Below the pieces are notes generated by a model. The model had not been told where the DNA came from. It worked only from the letters and a program-made list of their open reading frames with translations, and did no database searches. A stretch of 64,000 bases of DNA, from NCBI RefSeq assembly GCF_009914755.1, contig NC_060946.1. One strand, given 5' to 3'. Source of the stretch: the human T2T-CHM13v2.0 reference genome, Homo sapiens. Shown in pieces: positions 1 to 11,652 of this stretch; position 1 is the stretch's first letter, and the number at the start of each line of letters is the position of its first letter. Made by a program: the position numbers and the translations under genes.

Positions 1-210
1 GGTGGGGTAGTTTCAAAACTGACCTGCTCAGCATCGAAAGGCTCTTGTTTCTTAAGGAAGCCATGGAGTTTTATCAGCTTAAAAGTGAGTGGTTTGTAAA
101 ATGAAATTTTGTTTCTTTTAAACAACTTACTTTTGAAACTTCCATTCTTGTTCGTGGATTGTTGTTTGTTAGAACAGTGATTATTTAGTTTTTATGAGAT
201 GTTTCTTGTA

Positions 211-509
211 TTTTTATTTATTTTTTTAAGGCAGAGTCTTGCTCTGTCGCCCAGGCTGGAGTACAGTGGCTCAATCTCAGTTCACTGCAACCTCCACCTC
301 CCAGGTTCAAGCGATTCTCGTGACTCAGCCTCCTGAGTAGTTGGGATTACAGGCACCTCCCACCACACCCAGCTAATTTTTGTATTTTTAGTAGAGATGA
401 GGCTTCACCATGTTGGCCAGGCTTGTCTCAAACTCCTGACCTCAAGTGATCCACCCTCCTCAGCCTCCCAAAGTGCTAGGATTACAGGTGTGAGCCACCG
501 TGCCCTGCC
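211..509 (-). mobile_element. Alu (AluS-type), full length
   Basis: T-rich tail followed by antisense Alu body (gcagagtcttgctctgtcgcccaggctggag...gtgagccaccgtgccctgcc); TGTTTCTTGTATTT-like TSD on both sides. Confidence 0.93.
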
Positions 510-1822
510 TGTTTTGTTGTATTTGATGATGAAAATCTGTTATTAACAGGCATCAGGCCTGTTTCTTGTATTTTATCATGAAAATCTGTTATTGACAGTA
601 AGAGTATGGGGGCTCAGGTTAGCAACAGGGTGTTAGAAAAGCAGCAGTAAAATTTTGGTTCTTAAAACATTTGATGTCTTATTCCTTTTTTTGAACATGG
701 GTTTTTCTAAAAAAGACCAGTCATTTTGAAACTTGATTTTACTGTCATGTTCTCATTTTGAAATTCATCTTATTGTTTGTATGAATTGGCAGTCCTATAT
801 GGGAAATTTCGGTTTTGCATATTTTCAGATTATTTTCATTTTTACATCAGAGATTTTGAACAGATGCTATACAAAAGTATTTATTTATTCAACAAAATTT
901 AGTGCTGCTTATGTTGCAAGCACTTACTGAACTTCATGCTGTATGTGCCTGAGATACTTTTGTGAACGTAATGGCAACATCAAAAACTTTGCCCTTATGC
1001 ACCTTATAAACCTTTAATTTCAAGGCATACTGATGAGTGGGCATCTGCTATAACGTACTTTCATGGTCAATTAATTCACCATTATTTGGGTATACCTTAT
1101 ATTAAAGCGATTATTAAAAACTGGAAAATATTTAACACATCTTCACCTTGCCTTTTTCCTTAACATATGTAGATCAAGGGAGTCACTGAGAATCAGTTTT
1201 AGGGATAGTTATAAAAATCTTAACTTTGCAAATATAACTTTGTCCTCAATGTAATAACTGGAAAAAATAATTTACATTTCAAAGGCTTTAATCTTTGTAT
1301 TTTTTTGAAAAGGAGCCTTCACCGAGATTTTTAAAAAATTATTGCTCTGTCCTACAGTAGAGACTGATAGAATCATGGATATGGTCCTCTAATGGATCTG
1401 TACCACCTCAGTTCTCTTATTGTTGCCCTCCCGTGGTGAAAATTAAAGCTTATTTTCATTTCATGTCTAGGATGTAGTATGTTCTTTTTGGGAAAAACAA
1501 TGATGTTTCTTGAGAAATAAGTGCCTTCAGTATCACTGTGTGTCACTTAATAAATATGACTAATATCTACTTTTACCAGTTGTTGCAATTTGATCCTTAA
1601 ACAGCTGTCTTTAAATTGTACTTTTTCTTTGGTTAAAGAAAAGTAATTATAATAGACATTAATTATTTTTACATAATTTTCTTATGTGGACAGCCGTTCT
1701 TAGAACTAAAACTTTCAGATGTTTATATTACAAGTACAATTATTATTTATTATTATTAATGTCAGTACCCAAATGTAATCAACTCTCTTCCTTTTGTTTC
1801 CTTTTTTGAATCAAAATATTAC

Positions 1823-2078
1823 ACTTATAGAAGCAAGAGCAACGGCTCTATATCTGGATCACTGCAGTGCCTAGAAGATACAACAGCACAATTTACAAAT
1901 CCAAATTTCCAGGAAGTCTCTCCACATACCTCTAGTACAAAAGATGCTTCAGAGACTAGAGGGTCAGAGAGGAAAGAGAGGAAATATTCAACTCTCAGTT
2001 CAGGACAAAAGGGAAGAAAGCCTGCTGTTGAAAGAAATCCAAGAATGACTGTGTCTGCAACTCGCTCCTTTCTGTAAA
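1823..2078 (+). pseudogene. MLLT10: MLLT10 (AF10) unprocessed pseudogene fragment, single 256-nt exon (MLLT10P-type)
   Basis: Translates TYRSKSNGSISGSLQCLEDTTAQFTNPNFQEVSPHTSSTKDASETRGSERKERKYSTLSSGQKGRKPAVERNPRMTVSATRSFL*, matching recalled AF10 TYTSTSNNSISGSLKRLEDTTARFTNANFQEVSAHTSSGKDVSETRGSEGKGKKSSAHSSGQRGRKPGGGRNPGTTVSAASPFPQ. Polypyrimidine tract upstream, acceptor reads AC instead of AG (1821-1822), GT donor at 2079-2080. Confidence 0.88.
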
Positions 2079-2824
2079 GTATTCATGGTGCTTTACTTAA
2101 AATATTTGCTCTTATGATCGTCAATATTAATAGTTATGCTTTGTAAAAGAATTTATTCTTTACTTATAATTAATGGATGATTCTAAGTTATTATATGTTT
2201 AGTTGCTATAGTAAGATGATGTGAAAGATTTGTTGCCTGTTAAATATTTCTGGGATCTTTGCTTTATTTTTATATTATGATCTGTGCTTCCAAAGTTGAG
2301 CTGTAATTTTATTGTTTATACAAATGTAGAATAAAGCTTAAGTTTGGGGAGAAAAATAAAAGCTTGAGTTTTCCTTTCGGCTATAGAACAGTCATTTATT
2401 TCTATAAATGTTTTTTATGTAGCTTTCCTAGTTCCACATTTAAAAAGATAAATATGGGGATCTACACAGGTCTCAGTAAACAATAGTTCTTGGTTAATAA
2501 TGCATTTATTACAAAGCTTGAAGTTTAAAGTAGAATTTTGCTCAGCCTACATATCTTTTATGGTCAGGCTGCTATAATTATGTAATACCCAGTTAAATTT
2601 CAATTTCAGATAAACAAGGAATAATATTTTAGTATAACCATGTCCCGAATATTGCATGGGATATACTTACACTGAAAAAAGTATTTGTTTATCTGAAATT
2701 TCCAATTAACTGGGCATGCTATATTTTCTGTGGCAACCTGTTTTATAGAGAACAGAGTAGAGTAAGTCAGCTAAATTTTAGAATACTTAACCCTAACCTG
2801 GTGTTCTAGGTCTTTCCTTCTTGT

Positions 2825-3340
2825 AATTATTATTATTATTTGGAGTCAGGGTCGTGCTGCATCACCCAGGCTGGAGTGCAGTGGCGCAATCACAGTGCCC
2901 TGTAGCCTTGAGCTTCTGGGCTCAAGTGATTCTGGCACCTCTGCCTTTGCCTCCCAAGTAGCTAGTACCACAGGTACGTGGGCCCAGCTAAATTTTTTTT
3001 TTTCCTCATAGAGACAGGGTCTCAGGCTGGTCTGGAACTCCTGGGCTCAAGCAATCCTCCCACCTCTGCCTTCACTTCCCAAATAGCTGAGACCACAGGC
3101 ACATGCCACCACCATACCCAGCTTATTTTTTATCAGGTTGGTGCAAGAGTAATTGCGGGGTTTGCCATTGAAAGTAATGGCAAAACCCGCAATTACTTTT
3201 TGCACCACCCTAATAATTTTTTGTGGAGACAGGGTCTTGCCCTGTTGTCTAGGCTGGTTTCCAACTCCTGGGCTCGAGTGACCCTCTTGCCTTGGCCTCT
3301 AAAAGTTCTGGGATTACAGACGGGAGCCACGGCACCAAGC
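2825..3340 (-). mobile_element. Old (AluJ-like) Alu with three arms, interrupted by MADE1
   Basis: Three successive antisense Alu monomer segments separated by T-rich linkers at about 2992-3003 and 3125-3222. Confidence 0.8.
3133..3213. mobile_element. MADE1 (Hsmar1-derived MITE)
   Basis: Near-perfect 81-bp palindrome tcaggttggtgcaagagtaattgcggggtttgccatt-gaaagt-aatggcaaaacccgcaattactttttgcaccaccctaa, with TA duplicated at 3131-3132 and 3214-3215. Confidence 0.93.
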
Positions 3341-3569
3341 TACTTTGTATAATTTTTAACATAAACATAAATATTTTGAGAAATAGATATGTTAAAACCA
3401 TTGGAGGAAAATATATTGTAAAGTATACAATAGAAAAAAAATCAAGCACAATACAACAAATACAACAAAAAATTATCAAAATTTTCAGAGGAACAGAACA
3501 AAATCTAGTTTTACAATCTTCAGAATTCAATCCCATTATAATAAACATATAAAGAAACATATTCAAAGA

Positions 3570-3875
3570 AAAAGGCAATCAATAGAGACTGACCTCGAGA
3601 TGACCCAGATGTTGGAATTAGTGTGGATTTTTAAAGTAGTTATTGTAATTCTTACTAAAATCAAAACCCCAAAAACCCTTAAAATAAATGGATAGGAAAT
3701 CACAGCAGAGAAGAAGAAACTACAATAATAACAAAGGCTTAAGTGGAAATTCTAGAAGTGAGAACGTTTTCAAAATTAAAAAATAATAATCAGTTGCGTT
3801 CAGGAGCAGCTTGGAGGTGGTAAAGAGTCAATGAACCTTAAAATACAATTGAAATGATTCAATCTGAAAAATGTG
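3570..3875 (+). mobile_element. Ancient L1M fragment (ORF1 region)
   Basis: A-rich sequence with gagatgacccagatgttggaattag and aaatgattcaatctgaa, typical of old L1 ORF1. Confidence 0.55.
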
Positions 3876-4449
3876 AGCAGTCATAGGTTGAGGTGAGGGA
3901 GCTTTTCCTTTGGTTAGTGCTTTTAGGTAATCTTGGTTTTGATAAGATTACTACACTGATCTGTCAGGGGCATGCTAAGCCAGAGTTTATCTTGGTTTCA
4001 GTAGTGCTTTAAACAAAACTCATGATATCCTTGTGTACAAGATGGAAGAAGAGTGGACCAGATGACAATATTTAGATGCAGTCATTCTTAACCTCCGTTG
4101 CTCTCCCAGTGGTCTAGCTGGGGTTTGTATAAAGTGGAATGGGAGGAATAGGGAAGGAGCCCCCACCTACCCTCTCCCCTTATCTACTTGTCCTCCTTCA
4201 CTAGTGGATAAAGTCCACGGGAACAGGCAAGTTATTTTAAATCTGTATCTTCTGTTGTCAAGAACTGTAATCAGTTCTGCTCGCTGGACTGGGGACAGGA
4301 ACCAAGGGAACATGAGGGTGAACGGGTTGGCATGGAGTCCAGGAACACACTGTACCTACATGCAGAATATTTGTGCCAGGAAAGCCAGTCAGCAGGCAGA
4401 TGGTCTCAGATACCAAGCTAGTGTTGGGAAGAAAGATTCAGTCTCTTGA

Positions 4450-4640
4450 AGGTGGTGTTCCTCATTCTGTGGTTTGTATCACTTGCTTCAGAATGACCTG
4501 GAGTACTTATAAAAATGCAAATTTTGAGCCCAATCCTAGACCTCCTAAGCCTGTATCTCTATGGATGGGTCTCAGTAGTCAATATTGGAAATGTGCAGGT
4601 CCCTAGGAGATGCTTATGCATATAGATTTGAACTGTTGTT
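4450..4640. mobile_element. MER5A-like hAT relic
   Basis: ttcagaatgacctggagtacttataaaaatgcaaattttgagcccaatcctagacc...ccctaggagatgcttatgca resembles MER5A. Confidence 0.6.
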
Positions 4641-4694
4641 TTTAAGGGTTAGGGAGCTGGCAAAAGCAAGGAATAGACCAAGCCCTTGGGTGGG

Positions 4695-4861
4695 AAGGCT
4701 CCATAACCTTGGCACTGTTAGCATTCTGGGCGGAACAGGATTCTGCCATATGCTTCGCAGCATCCCTAGCCTCTACTCTCTAACACCGTATTCCAGTTGT
4801 GAAAACCAAAAATGTCCCCTGGGAGGCAAAATAGTCACCATTTGGGAACTGGAACCACTGC
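4695..4861. mobile_element. MER20-like hAT relic
   Basis: aaccttggcactgttagcattctggg...agcatccctagcctctactc...ccagttgtgaaaaccaaaaatgtcccctggg...gaaccactg resembles MER20. Confidence 0.7.
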
Positions 4862-5884
4862 TTTGTGGGATCAGAGTGTTTACTTTGTTCCGAATCCAAG
4901 GATCAGAACACACGATGAGAGAAAGTCCAGCTATTGGAACTGGAGTGCCAAGTTGAAGCTAGATCTACAACAAAAGCTCCAAAAGCTCCTTTATAGGGCT
5001 GATCCCATGCCTCAGCTACCTAGCTTGTACAGATGCCATGTAACTCTAGATTTGGTGACAGAAGGAATTTAAAGGCTAGAACTAGATAGGGTCTTTCAGG
5101 TTAGGCCAGCACACAACGTGGACTTTTGACATCATCCAGATGCTTGAACCAACCTCAGTCCTGAGGCAGAATTTCCCGTGGCATCTGATACACAGCCTGG
5201 CTTTGGAGCACTCACTGGGATTAGATGCCATGGGAATATCGTGTTTAGGAACTCTGAAAGAGACAGGCTTCAACAAAGCAGACCTAAGCAACACGTAGCG
5301 TCTGAACTTCTTTATCAGCTTCCATTCCAGGCCACGAGGACAAAAGCATCACATACATATCCACTGTGGCAAATCTGTCTTCAGTAGGGAGTTTCCCCAG
5401 TACTACTCTCCCCTCTGTTCTGAGCCTACTTGCTCCTTTGTAATGTTTCCACTTTCTGTTCCACTCCCTAATAGATGATTTGTCTTCTCTGCCCAGCCCC
5501 CTAGTTCTGACATTTGGATTGTCTGTGATCTAGGTAGTACTTAGGAGGTAGATTCAAAGCCTTGTTGATTGGATTGGGAGTTTCTAACTTCCTATTAAAG
5601 GCACTGATTAAGCATCTATTGTATAAAGTAAAGTAAGATTATGATCCAGTAAGAAAGATTCCACAAGTAGCGCAGGAAGAATTGGTTTCTAGTACACTTC
5701 ATGCTTCAGGACAGGAAACCCAGAAAATAATTCTGTGGTACGTTAAGTGTGTACTGTAAGTTTCATTTCCATGTGAAAAACTGTAGTTAGCTAAAAAGTA
5801 CATCCATGAAGAATCCTGATTAAACTTGTTTAATCCTGGTTAAACTAGCTACTAGCTAAACAATAATTTCACAACAACTCAAGA

Positions 5885-5999
5885 ACTCTGTAAAAGCATT
5901 TCCTCTGAATATTTTATTCAGAAAAAAAACACAAAAAGATAAGGCAGAAACAAAAATCCCAGTCATTTGCAGTATCTGTTGGCTTTCAATTTGGTCCTC
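5885..5999 (-). pseudogene. FRG1: FRG1 paralogue exon 9 (coding 5963-5999 plus 3' UTR)
   Basis: G AGG ACC AAA TTG AAA GCC AAC AGA TAC TGC AAA TGA (RTKLKANRYCK*); acceptor position 6001-6000 reads AA, not AG. Confidence 0.92.
5913..5918 (-). terminator. Polyadenylation signal AATAAA of the FRG1 paralogue
   Basis: tttatt on the + strand about 45 nt after the stop codon, in the short FRG1-type 3' UTR. Confidence 0.8.
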
Positions 6000-7170
6000 T
6001 TGTTTAAACAAAGAAAAATAGTAAAATTAATCTATGTAAAACATGCCATATATATTCAACTGCTACTAAATATAAAAAGCTATAAAACTGTGTGTTCAAT
6101 TTTGGTTACTGTATTATCACAACACTTATATTAAAATATGTATACTTTTAAATTTGGTTTCTATAAAAAATGGATTCTAATCCCATAAAAGTTATTTCCT
6201 AATATTCAATAAATGTTGCCTAAGGGTTTTTTCTATCCAAATAGCAATTTTATTCCGGAATTTAAGGGTGCTCTAAATTTCCATTTAACAGGGTGAGAAT
6301 GCTGTATTATTACAAGTGAGAAAAGTTACAGGACATAGAGTTTATTCCGTTTTAGAGTCCACATCCTGATTATATTTTTTATCCTCTTCTTGATTTCTTA
6401 CAACTAGATACATATTCACTTACTCAGCTGGAAAAAATTTGTAACATTATTTACTGACTTTACGTATGTACTCTACCAGCTAGTTAACAGGAAATATGTA
6501 ATTAAACATTGCCTTTATCAAGTAATGTAAAAAAGGGTAAGAGTAACTTTGCAACATAGGACTTGAATGAGCAACTGGTGATGATCAAAATCTGGCACTT
6601 AATTGATTTATACTTGTACACTCACAGCTAAACGTCTCTACCTGTTTTTCTATGGTATAAATCTAGGACATTACTTATCTACATAGGAAGAATAATAAAT
6701 ATTAATAATGTGCTATGATAAACATCCTGCACTCTTCCAAATCTTACAATAAATCTGCTTCAGTTTCACTTGTTTAGCTTTTATATTTAGTTTGTTAGTT
6801 GATATATGCTTATTTTAAGGAAGCTGAACTACTCTAACAGAATCCACATAATTTTTATATTAGCCAAACTGCTTCTTTCTAACTCTGGTTCTAATAGTTA
6901 TAAAAAGATAATGATAAATTTATGAAGTAGATACAGTCAAACCTGAATTTCTTAAAGTATATACTTAGAATCGGTTATAATTTTTAGATATTCTTTGTTG
7001 ACAGTCTTTTCCCAAACTCATGATGTCCTCTCTAGGTAATATTGCCACACTCATAAATTAGAAATGAAGACAAAAATGTGAAAACTACAGTAATTTAAGA
7101 GAATATAGGTTTTCTACATGCCATTTCTATTGGCTACTGAAAACAGTGAAAATAAGTAAATAAATAGCTA

Positions 7171-7299
<129 letters not shown>

Positions 7300-7391
7300 T
7301 CATTGAAAAGTACCTCAAACTCTGATTATACATATTTACTATTAAATTTATAAATACTGTTAATTTCTTTTTCACTTATTAAAAAAGTCTA

Positions 7392-7760
<369 letters not shown>

Positions 7761-8034
7761 TCAAGAGGAGGGCCACTCATTGACTGGGTAGCAAAAGGCC
7801 CCACTTCTATTAGGGCATGCTGGCTGGAGTCCCCTGTGTCCTGGCCATAGCACAGCCTTTGACTGGCATCATGCCCATTCTATGAATGAATAGAGAGATT
7901 GACTAACCCGAGTGACTAGCTTTGGGAGCTGGTAGGATGATTAGGAAAACTGAACCCTCAAGAAAAGAAAAGCATTTAGCTCAGTGCTCTGTCCCAGAGG
8001 CTACATTGTGTTGCCTCTTTTGTTCATCAGTTTT

Positions 8035-8190
8035 CATTTTTTCAGACAGGGTCTTGCTCTGTCACCCAGGCTGGAATGCAGTGGTGATCAGAGCTCACTG
8101 GGGCCTTGAACTCCTGGGCTCAAAGAATCCTCCTGTCTCAGCCTCCCGAGTAGCTGGGCCTACAGGCATGCACCACCATCCCCAGCTAAT
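8035..8190 (-). mobile_element. Alu monomer (FRAM/AluJ right arm)
   Basis: agacagggtcttgctctgtcacccaggctggaatgc...caccaccatccccagctaatt. Confidence 0.85.
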
Positions 8191-8268
8191 TAGGTAATTT
8201 ATTTTGAAAGCACTTTGAGAAGCACTTCACTGTCAAATCTGTAGGTCTAAAAGGAAAAGCATACATAC

Positions 8269-8360
8269 ACATAATTGATTTCACATTGTTTGACATTTCC
8301 TTTGTCTTCTTCTGGAATGTCATCTTTTTTCTTGGTTTCTCTTTCAGCACAGGATCTAAT
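8269..8360 (-). pseudogene. FRG1: FRG1 paralogue exon 7 (92 nt)
   Basis: [31 protein letters not shown], with AG/GT boundaries. Confidence 0.95.
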
Positions 8361-10414
8361 CTAGATATTGGAAAAGAGAATCCAATGGGTTATATGTTTA
8401 TCTTCCACTTTCCCCACTTTACATATCACATAAGAACATTCGAGATGATTTCTTATGCAGAAGAAAAAATTAACTGAGCAACTATATTCAGAAAAAGACA
8501 GGTTCTGGCTATCTGTTTTTACTTCATATATATAATCTATATGAGTAAGTGCTATCACATGCTTCCTCCGCAGCCCTTGTGTCAGAAACACTACAGACAA
8601 AATTATTTCAGAAACATTTTACACATCAGATCCTGCTAGGCAATAAAGCAATCATTAATTTAGTTGTGTCCTCCAAGTGAATACACTAGGATCAAATTAT
8701 CCCTAGTAGACAAGTGTTCATTTGATCAGATTGAAAGCTTAATAGCTATTTTACGTTGCACAGACTATTACCAAAGTATTAAGATTTTTAACATTACACA
8801 ACTTGTTTTTAATTAATTGGAACCCACCTCTTTTACAAGCTTCTTATATCCTCCTAAGTTTGGATAGCTGTTTACTATCACATGTCATAAGTTAATTGAT
8901 CTGCATTCAACAATTAGGATCGCCCACAGAACAGGCAATTGGCAATGGTAATGACTCATGTCTCTTAAGGGATCTCTGTGGCCAGAGTCCAGTTCCAGGG
9001 CTGCTTAGAAAGTGATGACAAATAACGTGTTTGTGCCAATGACATCTTTGTGACAGTTTTGATTAGAGGGGTCCCAGACATGAAAACATTCCCTGCTAGG
9101 GCCTGTAGGACAATGCTACCTTTAGTAAGAGGGATGTGTGTTCTGGTAGACAAGGCAAGGTCATAAAGGTGAAGGGCTGACAGAGATTAGGAGAGCCTGC
9201 AATTAAATGGTATGAAAAGAGTCCTAAGTAATCACTGTTCAGAGTTTCCAAGTACTTGACTAACCAAAGAGACCCAGAAAACTTTGTATTTCATCAGAAA
9301 ATTTCTTTAAATAGTGAAAAACGCAATCTTTGTGTAAGTATCTTTGTATCTTTGTATAAGTGCAAAACACTGCACATATATTTCCAATTGTTGCCTTCAA
9401 TAACACTTTTGTGATGATATCCAGATGAAAAATAATTTAAACATGATACAATAAAATATAAATAAGTAAAATTAAATGTAAGTCACAAACCCATCTGCAT
9501 TTCCTCAACGGCCTGTTTCCTGAGAAGCAATGTTCTATGAAATACTGAGAGTGGCCTCTGGAGTCAGCTGGGCCTGGGTACACATCCTGTCTTACCACAC
9601 CTTGAAATCACTGTGATTTCCATGAACTGACTGACAAAAACAATGAGGATGTAAGGAGGGTCAGAGGCTGTCTTCCTGTCTGTAAGGCTGAGCTCATATC
9701 CACCTCACAGGAGCATTATGGAAATTCAAGACTACAACTTATGTGCCGGATGCATGCAACGAAAAAATATAACATTTCACTTCTCTAACTGTAAGAAAAT
9801 ACCTACATTTTAGAATGAAATTGTTTGAGCTTTAGATTTGAAATTATCTGAAATCAAGACTATTCTAAAAAGAAAATCAAACATGACTGGAAATCTAAAA
9901 TGAAGCACACACAGAGAATTGATAGATGCTTTTAAATTACACTGGTAGTAGAGAAAAATGTAACATAAATTTTTATGCTCTAATTATAAGAACGAAGGGC
10001 ATTTTAGAAAAGGCATTTGCCCCCTCTCTTAGAGCCTTCCACTCTGGCCCCTACAATGCCTTACAGAGCAAATCCGGGTCAGACTGGATGCAACCTGTGA
10101 TTCCCAACAGAGACAAACAAAGCAAGGTTCAGGATGCTCAGTACTGCGATGGAATGCCAAGACACAGAAAAGCCATGTGTCAAGAAGGCGGGAGTTATTC
10201 TTTAGACACATCCTGGTATATGTTTATCATTAAAGATCAGTGGCTTTTGTGAGTCTAAAAAATTAAGCCTTAAATGTTTTCATCAAATTCCAGTTAACTA
10301 CCTGATTTATCTAGGTTATATTAACAGTATTATTTAGAATTTCACCTTGATATGAAGATGTCTGTGTAACTTTTACAATGATGTAAAACAAAGAGTAGGA
10401 TTAGGGAGGGCACA

Positions 10415-10455
10415 GGCCACTGGTGCAATGGATAACGCATCTGACTACGGATGAG
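10415..10455 (+). pseudogene. 3'-truncated tRNA-Arg(ACG)-derived retrocopy (5' half only)
   Basis: ggccactggtgcaatggataacgcatctgactacggatgag matches the 5' half of tRNA-Arg-ACG (GGGCCAGTGGCGCAATGGATAACGCGTCTGACTACGGATCAG) through the anticodon arm; no T-arm or 3' acceptor strand follows. Confidence 0.85.
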
Positions 10456-10699
10456 GGAATTTAGCCTGGAATAAGGAACTTTTATTTCCAGCTTAGTGAT
10501 GCACACAAATTTTCAAAATAAAATAAAAATCATGTTTTATGTGATTCCTGTTTCTCCTAATGCAAAGATGATGGGTACTATTACTAAAAATATTTTTAAA
10601 ATGTAAGAGCTAAGGCCCCAGAAGTTCTGCTATGATTTTTTATGTTTCATAGAGTGATTATCATCACAGAAGCTCAAGCATTATGTAAATACAAACACA

Positions 10700-10905
10700 T
10701 ATACTCCGACCTGGTAATTCTGATTCCGGAAATTTATCTTCAGGTCCACCCGCACATCCACAAATTGATGCATATTCAATGTTATGTACTGCAGCACTGT
10801 TTATAAGAGCAAAAGACTGGAAACAGCCTAAATTTCCATCTATAAAAGACTAAATAAATTAAGGTATAGCCCTAAAATGGAATATTATGTGGCTGTTAAA
10901 AAAGA
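10700..10905 (+). mobile_element. Ancient L1ME-type 3' fragment
   Basis: gcagcactgtttataagagcaaaagactggaaacagcctaaat...atggaatattatgtggctgttaaaaa. Confidence 0.7.
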
Positions 10906-11547
10906 GAAAGAGAGAAAAAGCAAGAAAAAGAGAAAACTTTCTACATTCAAACTAATAGTAGAAAACTCTCCAAGATACAATTTTAAGGAAAAAAAAATCA
11001 AAGTCAAGAAGACGATAGAGGAGGCTGCCTTTAGTGTAAAACAGTTGAAAATTATAAATATACTCATATGTTTATAAAGAAATTTTAGGAGGCTATAAAA
11101 AAACAAAACAAAGGGAAAGAGGAACAGGACCTGGGACACAGGTAAGATGCATGGCAGGCATATGTCTTCATCTTCATATGCTTTTATTTAAAAATGTTGG
11201 ACCACATGTACATGTTATTTATTTTAAAAATTAGATTTTAAAATACAAACAAGAAAATAAGAAAATGAAAGTTTAAAAAGAGTATGTGGAACTACCAGAA
11301 AAAGATACTAATCCATGGAGATAGTGGCACGGTAGCTCCTAGATGCACTGATTTCTCTACCACATTGTAGAAACAAGCCATCAACTATGAGATTTGTAAT
11401 TAAAAATGAGTCTATTTGAAACACCACATTATAAAAAGCTATTAAGTAAATCTTTAAAGTGACAGTAAATGATGACTTAACATTTTAAAGAGATACAGTC
11501 ATATTGCATGTGTGAATGCAGTCATCTGTATAAAATGTCATCGTTAC

Positions 11548-11652
11548 CTTGATCATTTCTTCTTCTCCTGCTGTTTTACTTTTTGCTTCTATGTCCCCTG
11601 CTTCATTGCATCTAATAAAGCAGCCATTTGAGGCCAACAAAGCCATTTTCCC
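11548..11652 (-). pseudogene. FRG1: FRG1 paralogue exon 6 (105 nt)
   Basis: [35 protein letters not shown], with AG/GT boundaries. Confidence 0.95.

Noticed and set aside
5566-5835. Near-DUX4 motifs downstream of the FRG1 3' end (TGATTGGATTG, TGATTAAACTT)
   Set aside because: Imperfect matches in AT-rich DNA; not supportable without ChIP data.
10415-10455. Functional tRNA-Arg gene
   Set aside because: Lacks the T-arm/B box and the 3' acceptor strand.
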